Source: Pseudomonadales bacterium (GTDB lineage Bacteria; Pseudomonadota; Gammaproteobacteria; Pseudomonadales; Azotimanducaceae). Taken from it: 53,132 bases of DNA. Below the pieces are notes generated by a model. It worked only from the letters and a program-made list of their open reading frames with translations, was not told the DNA's origin and made no database searches. Location: assembly GCA_047920935.1 (NCBI GenBank), contig JBLRXD010000001.1:8885-62016 (forward strand), in the 5' to 3' direction. How positions within the stretch are numbered: position 1 is the stretch's first letter; each line of letters starts with the position of its first letter. Shown here piece by piece: positions 1 through 7,723 of this stretch. A program made the translations under genes and the position numbers.

Positions 1-89
1 AGAGCAGCGCCTACGTCAAGGATCCGCTGCGGAATCTTGCCGCCTGGAACGCCAATCTCCGCAATCGCGACCGGCCGGCGAAAGACTGA
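1..89 (+). CDS. 3' end of an unidentified CDS (partial, enters from the left edge)
   Basis: Frame 3 reads ...SSAYVKDPLRNLAAWNANLRNRDRPAKD then TGA at 87..89. Its composition looks more protein-like than the other two frames. No family was recognised. Confidence 0.3.
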   Translation, partial: SSAYVKDPLRNLAAWNANLRNRDRPAKD

Positions 90-116
90 CCGGAGTGCCC
101 AGGAGATGAAGGCGCG

Positions 117-362
117 ATGAACGAGACCATTGGTAAGTTCGGCTATCCGGGCACGCTGATCCACGAGTACGGCCACTGGGTAGTGCTGCTGCGCCCGCAG
201 CAGGTGACCCTGGGATCACTGGTACTGGCTTCGAAGGAGCCCGCCACGGAGTTTCACCAGCTGTCGGCGGCGGGATTCGGCGAGCTGCGTACCGCGGTGA
301 GCGACATCGAGCGCGCCGTGGCCGCAGCCATCCGCGCGCGCTTACGCGCGCACTGGCCATGA
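117..362 (+). pseudogene. HIT-family protein, N-terminal fragment only (histidine-triad part missing)
   Basis: MNETIGKFGYPGTLIHEYGHWVVLLRPQQVTLGSLVLASKEP... matches the N-terminal half of small bacterial HIT proteins as I recall them. After ...DIERAV the sequence becomes AAAIRARLRAHWP and stops. No HxHxH motif follows in any frame. Confidence 0.45.
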
Positions 363-380
363 TCGACCTGCGCTGCGCCC

Positions 381-1403
381 ATGCCTGCGGCTGAGCACAG
401 CGTCGGCCGGGGCGCGCTCGACGCGCTCACCAGCCACAGCCTCGAGGCTCACGGCCACCGCGACGATCCGGCCGTGGCGCGGCTGCTGGCGGAGATCCAT
501 CGGCGCCACGGTGACAAGGTGGCCGCCGTGTTGCTGTACGGCTCCTATCTGCGGGGCAAGCGCGACACCCTGATCGACCTGTACGTGTTGCTCACCGACT
601 TCGACGGTGCGCTGCCGGGGCGCTGGCAGGCGCTGGGCAATCGCAGCCTGCCGCCCAACGTCTATTACCTGTCACTGCAAACCGATCCGCCGGCGGCGCC
701 CACTGCGGGCGCAGACGACGCCGGCGCCGCGGAACCCCAGCGCCAGCAGTCGCAGGCCGCAGTTCGCGCCAAGTATGCGACCCTGTCGCTGGCCCAGTTC
801 GCAAGCGGCATGAACGATTTTCACTGCTATTTCTGGGCCCGCTTCGTCCAGCCAACCGGGCTGGTGTTCGTCCGCGACGAGGTCACCCGCGGCCGCGTGG
901 TGGCGGCCATGGTGAACGCACTGGATACTTTCGCGCATCGCGTCACCCCCACCCTGGGCGAGAGGTTTTCGTCAGCCGATCTGTGGCGATGCGGGTTCGC
1001 GCTCACCTACGCCTGCGAGTTGCGCTCAGAGCATCCCGACGGGATAGCCGCTCTGTACGACCACAACGCCAGCCATTTCGACCAACTGCTGGCCGCCTAC
1101 GCGCAGGCCGATGGCGCGCTGGCCGCCGCAGGCGGCGGTGGCTATCGCGCCGCCTCCGCGGCGGCCGGCAGCCGCGGAGCCAGACTCTCCTGGGCCGTGC
1201 GCCGCAGCCAGGGCAAACTGCTGAGCGTGCTGCGGCTTGTCAAAGCCGCGGGCACCTTCGAAGACCCTCTGGATTACCTGCTGTGGAAGCTGGAGCGCCA
1301 CTCGGGCGTCTACATCGCACCCACCGAACGCCAGCGGCGACGGCCGCTGATCTTCGCCTGGGGCTTGTTGTGGCGGCTGTACCGGCGAGGGGCGTTTCGT
1401 TGA
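381..1403 (+). CDS. nucleotidyltransferase-fold protein, Tam41/Mmp37-like (putative; function unknown)
   Basis: 340-aa ORF starting with ATG. It has the motif LLYGSYLRGKRDTLIDLYVLLTD (GS...ID.., a Tam41-like single-Asp pattern) and an Ala/Pro-rich low-complexity insert. The assignment is by recalled motif only. Confidence 0.45.
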   Translation: MPAAEHSVGRGALDALTSHSLEAHGHRDDPAVARLLAEIHRRHGDKVAAVLLYGSYLRGKRDTLIDLYVLLTDFDGALPGRWQALGNRSLPPNVYYLSLQTDPPAAPTAGADDAGAAEPQRQQSQAAVRAKYATLSLAQFASGMNDFHCYFWARFVQPTGLVFVRDEVTRGRVVAAMVNALDTFAHRVTPTLGERFSSADLWRCGFALTYACELRSEHPDGIAALYDHNASHFDQLLAAYAQADGALAAAGGGGYRAASAAAGSRGARLSWAVRRSQGKLLSVLRLVKAAGTFEDPLDYLLWKLERHSGVYIAPTERQRRRPLIFAWGLLWRLYRRGAFR

Positions 1404-1458
1404 GGGAGGGGATCAACGTGCAGCAGCGCGAAATCCGCCGCGCTCGAGGAGCGAACCG

Positions 1459-2109
1459 CTAGGTTTCGCCAAGCCGGGCAGCGATCTGATCGGCACACTG
1501 ACGGGCTGCGTATTCGATCAAGGCGTCGAGCTTGTGACTGCCATCCTGTCTGATGTCGGACCGATCGATCTGCAGGGTTTTGTCTTCCGACGGGCCTCCG
1601 ACCTTACAAACCTCCTGCCATACCATGCGGCCATTGGACCCGGTCAAGCGCGCATGTGCCCGCAGGATGTACTGGTAGGTCTGCCAGTTCATGGGGCGGT
1701 ATCCGAGCTGGTTCACCTCGGTGAAGACTTCCAGCGTGTCGCGGGCATCCATGCGTACTTCGGCGCGCCTCGACGGAGGCGCAGCCGCATTCGCCACCTC
1801 GCGAAGATTCAGATCGGTTTTCGAGCCCAGGTTGGTTTTCAGACGGCTGGCAATCAGCTCGGACGGACTGGGAAACACTGCGGGAGACCCATCAGGGCGC
1901 GTCAGCCCATCGAGCAGGCCGAGGCCCGTGACGTCGCCCGGCGTGACCACATGCAACCGAGGTTCAGAGTAAACCACGACAGCGATCTCCCGATCGCCGA
2001 ACTCGGAACGCAAGCTGGCGTTGGACACCTCGACGGTTTGCGTCGTGACGCAGGCGCCCAGGGATGCGGTGACCATCGTCAGCAATAGGACGCGGATGGG
2101 GTGATTCAT
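1459..2109 (-). CDS. hypothetical lipoprotein
   Basis: From the internal ATG at 2109 the protein starts MNHPIRVLLLTMVTASLGAC, a signal peptide plus lipobox. The gene lies about 70 nt downstream of spt on the same strand. Confidence 0.6.
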   Translation of the reverse strand: MNHPIRVLLLTMVTASLGACVTTQTVEVSNASLRSEFGDREIAVVVYSEPRLHVVTPGDVTGLGLLDGLTRPDGSPAVFPSPSELIASRLKTNLGSKTDLNLREVANAAAPPSRRAEVRMDARDTLEVFTEVNQLGYRPMNWQTYQYILRAHARLTGSNGRMVWQEVCKVGGPSEDKTLQIDRSDIRQDGSHKLDALIEYAARQCADQIAARLGET

Positions 2110-2179
2110 GCGCAGCAATATATCAGCGACGTACCAGAAAGCCACTGCCGGAACACCTGTGGGAGTGTCAGGAGCGGCC

Positions 2180-3361
2180 CTATGGCGAGGGGGAGGAGCC
2201 TGTTACCGACCGGAAGCCATCGACGATGGCCTGGATCTGCGCGGGCGTATGCGCGGCGCTGGCGCTGCAGCGCAGCAGGCTGGCGCCGTCTGGCGACGCG
2301 GGTGGCATCATGAGATTGGTATACACGCCCAGGTCGAGCAGCGCCCGCCATGCCTGCAGCGCACGGGCGTGCTCCTCGATGCGCACGGCCACCACCGGGC
2401 TGATCTGCGGGCCGAGGCGCAAGCCGAGAGCTTCAAGCCCGTGGTAGAGCTGGCGCGCGTTGCGCCACAGGGCCTCGCGCAACTGCGGGCTCTCGCGCAT
2501 CCGCCGCAGCGCCATGCGGGTGGTGGCCACCACCGACGGGCACGCTGAAGCGGTGAAGATGTAGGCCCGGCTGGCGAAGCGGAACACGCTCACCTCGTCG
2601 TGCCGGCTGACGCAGAAACCGCCGGTGGAGGCCAGGCTCTTGGAGAAAGTGCCAACGATGAAGTCGACCTGATCGAGCACCCCCGCCTCTTCCGCAACGC
2701 CCCGGCCGTGCGCGCCGAACACCCCCAGGGAATGGGCTTCGTCGACGAACAGATAAGCCCCGTAACGGCTTTTGAGATCGACGATCTCCGCCAGCGGCGC
2801 CTTGTCGCCGAGCACGCTGAACAGCCCTTCGGTAACCACCAGCGTCCGGCTGGTGCGCTCGCCCAGGCGCCGCAAGCGCTTCTCCAGACTCGCCACGTCG
2901 TTGTGCTTGAATACGTAGATGTCTGCGCCGGTCATGCGGCAGCCATCGTAGAGGCTGGCATGGGCGTCCGCGTCCAGCAGCACGCAATCGCCGGGCCCCA
3001 GCAGCGCCGCCAGAGTACCCAGATTGGCCGAGTATCCGGTGGAAAACACCATGGCGTGCGGGCAATCGTAGAACTCCGCCAGCTCCCGCTCCAGCTCCCC
3101 ATGACCTGCGAAATTGCCGTTGGCCATGCGCGAGCCGGTGGTGCCGGTGCCGAGCTCGGCCAGCGCCGCCTGGCCGGCTGCGATGCATGCCGGGTCGAAG
3201 GTCAGGCCGAGATAGTTGTTGGTGCCGGCGAGAATCGTTCGGCGCCCGCCGATCATCGCTTCGGTGGCCGACAGCATGCAATCCATAACCACCCGGGTCG
3301 GATCGGTGCCGGTGGCGCTGAGTTCGTCCCGGCGCTGCCGCAGCGGGCCGAATTTGCTCAT
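2180..3361 (-). CDS. spt: serine palmitoyltransferase (alpha-oxoamine synthase family, PLP-dependent)
   Basis: Start is ATG 3361, 10 nt after the ACP stop. The protein is collinear with Sphingomonas SPT as I recall it: N-terminal SKFGPL..., the PLP lysine in GTFSKSLASTGGF, and C-terminal LLRCSASAAHTPAQIQ. The ORF-track 5' extension overlaps the ACP gene. Confidence 0.9.
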   Translation of the reverse strand: MSKFGPLRQRRDELSATGTDPTRVVMDCMLSATEAMIGGRRTILAGTNNYLGLTFDPACIAAGQAALAELGTGTTGSRMANGNFAGHGELERELAEFYDCPHAMVFSTGYSANLGTLAALLGPGDCVLLDADAHASLYDGCRMTGADIYVFKHNDVASLEKRLRRLGERTSRTLVVTEGLFSVLGDKAPLAEIVDLKSRYGAYLFVDEAHSLGVFGAHGRGVAEEAGVLDQVDFIVGTFSKSLASTGGFCVSRHDEVSVFRFASRAYIFTASACPSVVATTRMALRRMRESPQLREALWRNARQLYHGLEALGLRLGPQISPVVAVRIEEHARALQAWRALLDLGVYTNLMMPPASPDGASLLRCSASAAHTPAQIQAIVDGFRSVTGSSPSP

Positions 3362-3371
3362 GAGGTCGTTG

Positions 3372-3617
3372 TCAGACAAGGCTGCGAACCACCGCGTTGG
3401 CGAGTTGGGAGATGGTCCGGACGTGGGAGAGACTCTCCAGATCCAGCGCGATGTCGTAGTGATCTTCGACTTCCATGACGAACTCCATGACCTGCACCGA
3501 TTCCAGCCCGAGATCGGCGACCATGTCGGTGTCACCGGTCAGTGGCACCGGCTTGCTGAGAAACCCGGCAAGGATTCCGGTGATTTCGGCTTCGGTGACT
3601 GCGGGATCGCGCTTCAA
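3372..3617 (-). CDS. acyl carrier protein (dedicated, sphingolipid-cluster type)
   Basis: 81 aa from TTG 3617, preceded by GGAGA. The phosphopantetheine-attachment motif is DLGLESV. The gene sits between the reductase and spt. Confidence 0.85.
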   Translation of the reverse strand: MKRDPAVTEAEITGILAGFLSKPVPLTGDTDMVADLGLESVQVMEFVMEVEDHYDIALDLESLSHVRTISQLANAVVRSLV

Positions 3618-3667
3618 AATCGTTGATCTCCTCGAAAACTGGCCTGCGGCCCTGCGTTGCAGGCAGG

Positions 3668-4564
3668 TCACAGGGTGGCTGCGCCCTGCGCGAGGCCGAT
3701 CTGCGGCTGCCAGCCCGTGGCGAGCGTGAGCGGACGATTATCACACAGCCAGCTTGCCTGCTGAAGCTCGCGCACCTTGCCAGGGGTAAGCATGGGGGCA
3801 TAGCCAAGCACCCCGGACAGCAGCAGATTGCCGCGGGCCAGGGTGTCGAGCAACCACCGTGGAACCGTGATTCTGGGCACCTGCCGGCCCGCCACGGCGT
3901 CGGCGACTTCGCTCCAGTCGTAGCCGCCGGGCTTCCCGTCGTCGAGCGCGAAGCAGCCATGGCGGCAGGCGGCGGGGTGCTCGAGGCAGGCTGCCACCGC
4001 CCGAGCCAGGTCGTGCACGTGCAGCAGCGCCAGACGCTGATCGGCCGGCCCCGGGCAGACCAGCAGCCCCGCTCGCACCAGCTTCAACAGCGGCCGCAAC
4101 TCCACATCGCCGGGCCCGTAGACGGCCGGCGGCCGCAAGATGCTCCAGCTGATGCCAGCCGAGCCGCGCAGCACGTCTTCGCCGGCGCGCTTGCTGCAGG
4201 CGTAGTCCGACAATTCGGGGCGCTCGGCCGCCAGCGACGACAGCAGCACCAGCTGTGGCGGCACGCTGGCAGCGCCCATTGCCGCTACCAGCGACTCGAC
4301 CCCGGCGACGTTGGCCTGGCGGAAGTCGCCGCCGCTGCGGCCGCGCACCGCTCCAGCCGCGTAGACTGCCGCTGTGACGCCGTCGAGCGCCTGCGCCAAC
4401 GCATCCAGGTCCGTGAGTTCGCCACGGCAGATTTCACAGCGCGGGTCGATGTTGGCGTGGTTTCGGCTGCCGGGACGCAGCAGAACGCGCAGCTGGTAAC
4501 CGCGGTCGAGGAGCACCCGCTGCAGGTGTCGGCCGATGAACCCGCCCGCCCCGGTGAGGAGCAC
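3668..4564 (-). CDS. NAD(P)-dependent epimerase/dehydratase-family reductase (CerR-like 3-keto reductase candidate)
   Basis: Rossmann motif LLTGAGGFIGRHL lies right at the N-terminus, and the catalytic YxxxK is in SDYACSKRAGE. The start is uncertain: GTG 4564 or TTG 4585. The 556-aa ORF-track model overlaps the FAAL gene and is rejected. Confidence 0.7.
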   Translation of the reverse strand: MLLTGAGGFIGRHLQRVLLDRGYQLRVLLRPGSRNHANIDPRCEICRGELTDLDALAQALDGVTAAVYAAGAVRGRSGGDFRQANVAGVESLVAAMGAASVPPQLVLLSSLAAERPELSDYACSKRAGEDVLRGSAGISWSILRPPAVYGPGDVELRPLLKLVRAGLLVCPGPADQRLALLHVHDLARAVAACLEHPAACRHGCFALDDGKPGGYDWSEVADAVAGRQVPRITVPRWLLDTLARGNLLLSGVLGYAPMLTPGKVRELQQASWLCDNRPLTLATGWQPQIGLAQGAATL

Positions 4565-4596
4565 CCGGCTCGGCTGCCGAGGCAAGCGCCGGGCCG

Positions 4597-6351
4597 TCAG
4601 CCAGCGGCCACGCGCGACCGCCGGTTGCGATCTTCCAGCGCCACCCGCAGCAGGAAGTCTTCGCGGGTGCGGGAGCGGGCCAGCTTGCCGGAAGAGGTAC
4701 GCGGCAGGGCGCCGGAGGGAACCAGGTCGATGAAGGCGCTGACGCCGAAGTGGCGGCGCACCGCGCCCTCGAGCTCCGCGACCAACGCGAGTCGTTTGGC
4801 CTCGTCCTGCTCGCGGCATTCCACCACCAGCACGGCAAGATCTTCCCCATTGGGCGAGGGCGCCGCGAACGCCGAGACGTTGCCCTGGCGCACCCCGGGG
4901 AGGTCGTCCGCCAGATGCTCCAGATCCTGGGGCCAGATGTTGCGGCCGTTGATGATGATGACGTCTTTGCTGCGGGCGGTGACGAACAAGCGTCGGCCGA
5001 TTCGATAGCCGATATCGCCGGTGTCGAGCCAGCCGTCCTCGGACAGCACCTCGAGGGTCGCCGCCGGGTCCTGAAAGTAACCGCGCATGACACTCGGGCC
5101 GCGCAGGCAGATGCGCCCGCAATGGCGATCGGCGAGCTCCTCGCCGTCGGGGCCGCGAATGGCCAGCTCGTAACTGCCCAGCACTTCGCCGCAATCGACG
5201 AACTCCAGCACCGCCTCGCTGCCAGGCTCGGCTGCCGGACGCGGCTCGGCGAGCAGTTCCTGCGCCATGCGCAGCTTGTCCACCTGATCCACCAGGAAGC
5301 CGCTGCCCAGCGAGGCGAAGCTTACCGCGAGAGCGCACTCGGCCATGCCGTAGCAGGGCACGAAGCTGGCGGGATCGAAGCCCGTGGACGCCAGAGAGCT
5401 GGCGAACTCGCGCAGAGCCTTGGGTTGGATGCGCTCGGCACCGACGCAGGCAGCGCGCCAGCAGGAGAGATCGTAGCGCTCGGTGTCAGACGGCCGCAGC
5501 CGCTTGGCGCACAGGGCGTAACCGAACGGCGGGCTGGAGGACACCGTACCGCGATTTTCCGAGATGATCTTCAGCCACAGCCGCGGACGCATGGCGAAAG
5601 TGCGCGGGTTGAGCAGATCGACGGACAGCTGCGTCGCCACGGGCAGCAGCACGAAGCCCACCAGCCCCATGTCGTGGTACAGCGGCAACCAGGAAACGAA
5701 GCGGTCGGTACGACCCAGGACAAGGCCGGCCTCGGCGATCTCCTGCAGGTTGTTCAATACCGAGGCCTGGGTGATTTCCACACCTCGCGGAAACCGGGTG
5801 CTACCCGAGGTGTACTGCAGATAGGCGGGCTCATCGGACCGCAGGGGCTGCAACGGCACGTCGCTCTCCGGCAGCGCCTGCAGATCTTCGAGGGTGCCCA
5901 CCCACACGCCGCTGAGGCCCTGGGCGGCCTCGCGGAGGAAGCCGATGTGGCTCGGCGGCGCCACGGCCACCTGCGCGGTGCAGCCGTGAAGCATGCGCCG
6001 CAGCTGGCTCACGTATGCATCGTGAGCGCCCAGCTGCACTCCGGCTGGCAACGCTACCGGCAGCAGGCCCGCGTACTGCGAGGCGAAAAATACCTCGTGA
6101 AACATCGGGTCGGTTTCTGCCACGATGGCCACCCGGCTGCCACGTGCGACGCCGAGGCCAAGCAGTTTGCGCCCCAGGGTCTGCGCCTGATCGCGCAACT
6201 GGCGGTAGCCGAGCACGTACTGCAGCTCACCACGACCGTCGTAGAAATTGATGCCCGTCTCGCCGCGCGCCGCGTATTCGAGCGCTTCCACGAGATTGCC
6301 GAAGCCGGAGCTTCGGTATTCCAGGGACTGGTTGATTCCCGTACAGGACAA
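4597..6351 (-). CDS. fatty acyl-AMP ligase / acyl-ACP synthetase (adenylate-forming)
   Basis: 584 aa. The start is TTG 6351 with GGGAGA 9 nt upstream. The AMP-binding motif is [15 protein letters not shown], and the overall architecture is FAAL-type. Confidence 0.85.
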   Translation of the reverse strand: MSCTGINQSLEYRSSGFGNLVEALEYAARGETGINFYDGRGELQYVLGYRQLRDQAQTLGRKLLGLGVARGSRVAIVAETDPMFHEVFFASQYAGLLPVALPAGVQLGAHDAYVSQLRRMLHGCTAQVAVAPPSHIGFLREAAQGLSGVWVGTLEDLQALPESDVPLQPLRSDEPAYLQYTSGSTRFPRGVEITQASVLNNLQEIAEAGLVLGRTDRFVSWLPLYHDMGLVGFVLLPVATQLSVDLLNPRTFAMRPRLWLKIISENRGTVSSSPPFGYALCAKRLRPSDTERYDLSCWRAACVGAERIQPKALREFASSLASTGFDPASFVPCYGMAECALAVSFASLGSGFLVDQVDKLRMAQELLAEPRPAAEPGSEAVLEFVDCGEVLGSYELAIRGPDGEELADRHCGRICLRGPSVMRGYFQDPAATLEVLSEDGWLDTGDIGYRIGRRLFVTARSKDVIIINGRNIWPQDLEHLADDLPGVRQGNVSAFAAPSPNGEDLAVLVVECREQDEAKRLALVAELEGAVRRHFGVSAFIDLVPSGALPRTSSGKLARSRTREDFLLRVALEDRNRRSRVAAG

Positions 6352-6431
6352 TTCAGGTATCTCCCGAATTTTTCTTGAGGATCATCATTGATCAGATACC
6401 CCCACCGTCGGTGCGGGAGAGGCGACGGCGG

Positions 6432-6437
6432 ATTATA
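6432..6437 (-). promoter_or_regulatory. candidate -10 hexamer (TATAAT) for the FAAL-spt operon
   Basis: A perfect TATAAT on the minus strand lies about 80 nt upstream of the FAAL start, in a locally AT-richer stretch. No convincing -35 was found. Confidence 0.25.
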
Positions 6438-6615
6438 ACCAACTGTGGGATCAGATGTAGAGTCCAAAAACACTGTCTCAACTTCATGATTTCCGCCGTG
6501 TTTTGCCCCTTCGGAAGCGCCGCTGGCGACCGTAGCGGGGGCTGTTGAGCCCGCCGCGCGGGCGCAACGGATGCGAAACATGTACTACATTGAGTGCAAA
6601 CGCCAGACACGAATA

Positions 6616-7137
6616 ATGCCAGAATCGACTATCTGCACCAGCTTCACCCTTACCTTGCAAGAACGGGAACCGTCATTGAGCAAAGTCTTCAGACCGGCGC
6701 GACACCGCCCGGCGGCCTATCGACAATACCTTCGCCCGAGCCTCCGCGGGCTGTTGTTGGCCGGCTGCGCGCTGTTGGCCGGATGTCAGTCCATGAGCCG
6801 ACAGGAGCTCGCCTGGCAGGCGCTGCACGCCGTCGACGTGCTGCAGACGCTCGAAGCAGCCCGGGACCCCTGCTACAAAGAGGACGCCTGGCTGACCCAG
6901 CGACTCATCGGCAAGCAACCGAGCGATGCCGCCGTGCTCGCCTGGGGCGCCGGCAGCGCCGTGTTTCATGCCTGGGTGACGCACACCCTGGACCAGCGTG
7001 GCGCCCCTTCCTGGGTGCAGATGGTTTGGGATCTGGGCACACTGGGGCAAACTGCCTACGCCGTCGGCTCGAATCACCGCACCGGCATCCGGCTGTTTCG
7101 CAGCAACAAAACGGTACCCGGCTGCTTCCCTTCCTGA
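6616..7137 (+). CDS. hypothetical lipoprotein
   Basis: Contains ...RGLLLAGCALLAGCQS (lipobox). The start is uncertain: candidates are 6571, ATG 6616, or TTG at LSKVF. No family was recognised. Confidence 0.45.
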   Translation: MPESTICTSFTLTLQEREPSLSKVFRPARHRPAAYRQYLRPSLRGLLLAGCALLAGCQSMSRQELAWQALHAVDVLQTLEAARDPCYKEDAWLTQRLIGKQPSDAAVLAWGAGSAVFHAWVTHTLDQRGAPSWVQMVWDLGTLGQTAYAVGSNHRTGIRLFRSNKTVPGCFPS

Positions 7138-7174
7138 CGATGACGGGGCGTCCGCAGCGGCACTGAGCAAGCTC

Positions 7175-7711
7175 GTGGCAGAACTGTTCGAAACCTTCGA
7201 CGACGCCGGCCGCAGCGCCGGCCTGGTGCCGCGAGACCAGGTGCACGCCCGCGGCCTGTGGCACAAGTCGGCACACGTGTTCCTGTTCACCAGCGACGGC
7301 CGGCTGTACCTGCAGCGCCGGGCGGCCGGCAAGGATCTGTTTCCCGGGCGCTGGGACTTCAGCGTCGGCGAGCATCTTCAGCCCGCAGAGAGCTACCTCG
7401 ATGGCGCGCTGCGCGGGCTCGCCGAAGAACTCGGCGTCAGCGGCGTGGCTCTGGAGCCCATGAGCGGGGTGCGCCGCTGGCAGTACCGGCTGCCCGAACT
7501 CGGGATCGCGGATCGGGAACTGCAGCAGGCGTTTCGCGGCTGCTACGACGGGCCGATCTTTCCGGACCCGCAGGAAGTTGCCGAGGTGCGAGCTCTCGCC
7601 CCGATCGAGGTTGCCGCCTGGCTCGAGCGCAGCCCTGACGACTTTACTCCGTGGTTCGCTGCCGAGCTCCACGCCTTCGAGCTCGACCGGCCTCCGTCGA
7701 CTCGACCTTGA
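7175..7711 (+). CDS. NUDIX hydrolase
   Basis: Nudix box GEHLQPAESYLDGALRGLAEELG. There is no in-frame ATG. GTG 7175 gives MAELFETFDDAGRSAGLVPRDQVH, a typical N-terminus for this family. Confidence 0.75.
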   Translation: MAELFETFDDAGRSAGLVPRDQVHARGLWHKSAHVFLFTSDGRLYLQRRAAGKDLFPGRWDFSVGEHLQPAESYLDGALRGLAEELGVSGVALEPMSGVRRWQYRLPELGIADRELQQAFRGCYDGPIFPDPQEVAEVRALAPIEVAAWLERSPDDFTPWFAAELHAFELDRPPSTRP

Positions 7712-7723
7712 CCGGCTGCGGCA

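Noticed and set aside
4565-5338. N-terminal 250+ aa of the 556-aa ORF-track model for the reductase
   Set aside because: This part lies inside the FAAL gene in another frame and is Arg/Gly/Pro-rich. The Rossmann motif that should be N-terminal begins at about 4560, so the real start is GTG 4564 or TTG 4585.
4750-6378. 542-aa ORF on the + strand
   Set aside because: It is entirely antisense to the FAAL gene, which has clear adenylate-forming motifs. Its Arg/Ala/Gly/His-rich composition is typical of shadow ORFs in GC-rich DNA, and no family was recognised.
6594-7166. 190-aa alternative-frame ORF overlapping the lipoprotein gene
   Set aside because: It is extremely Arg/Ala/Gly-rich with no signal peptide or motif. 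The other frame encodes a lipobox protein with more ordinary composition.
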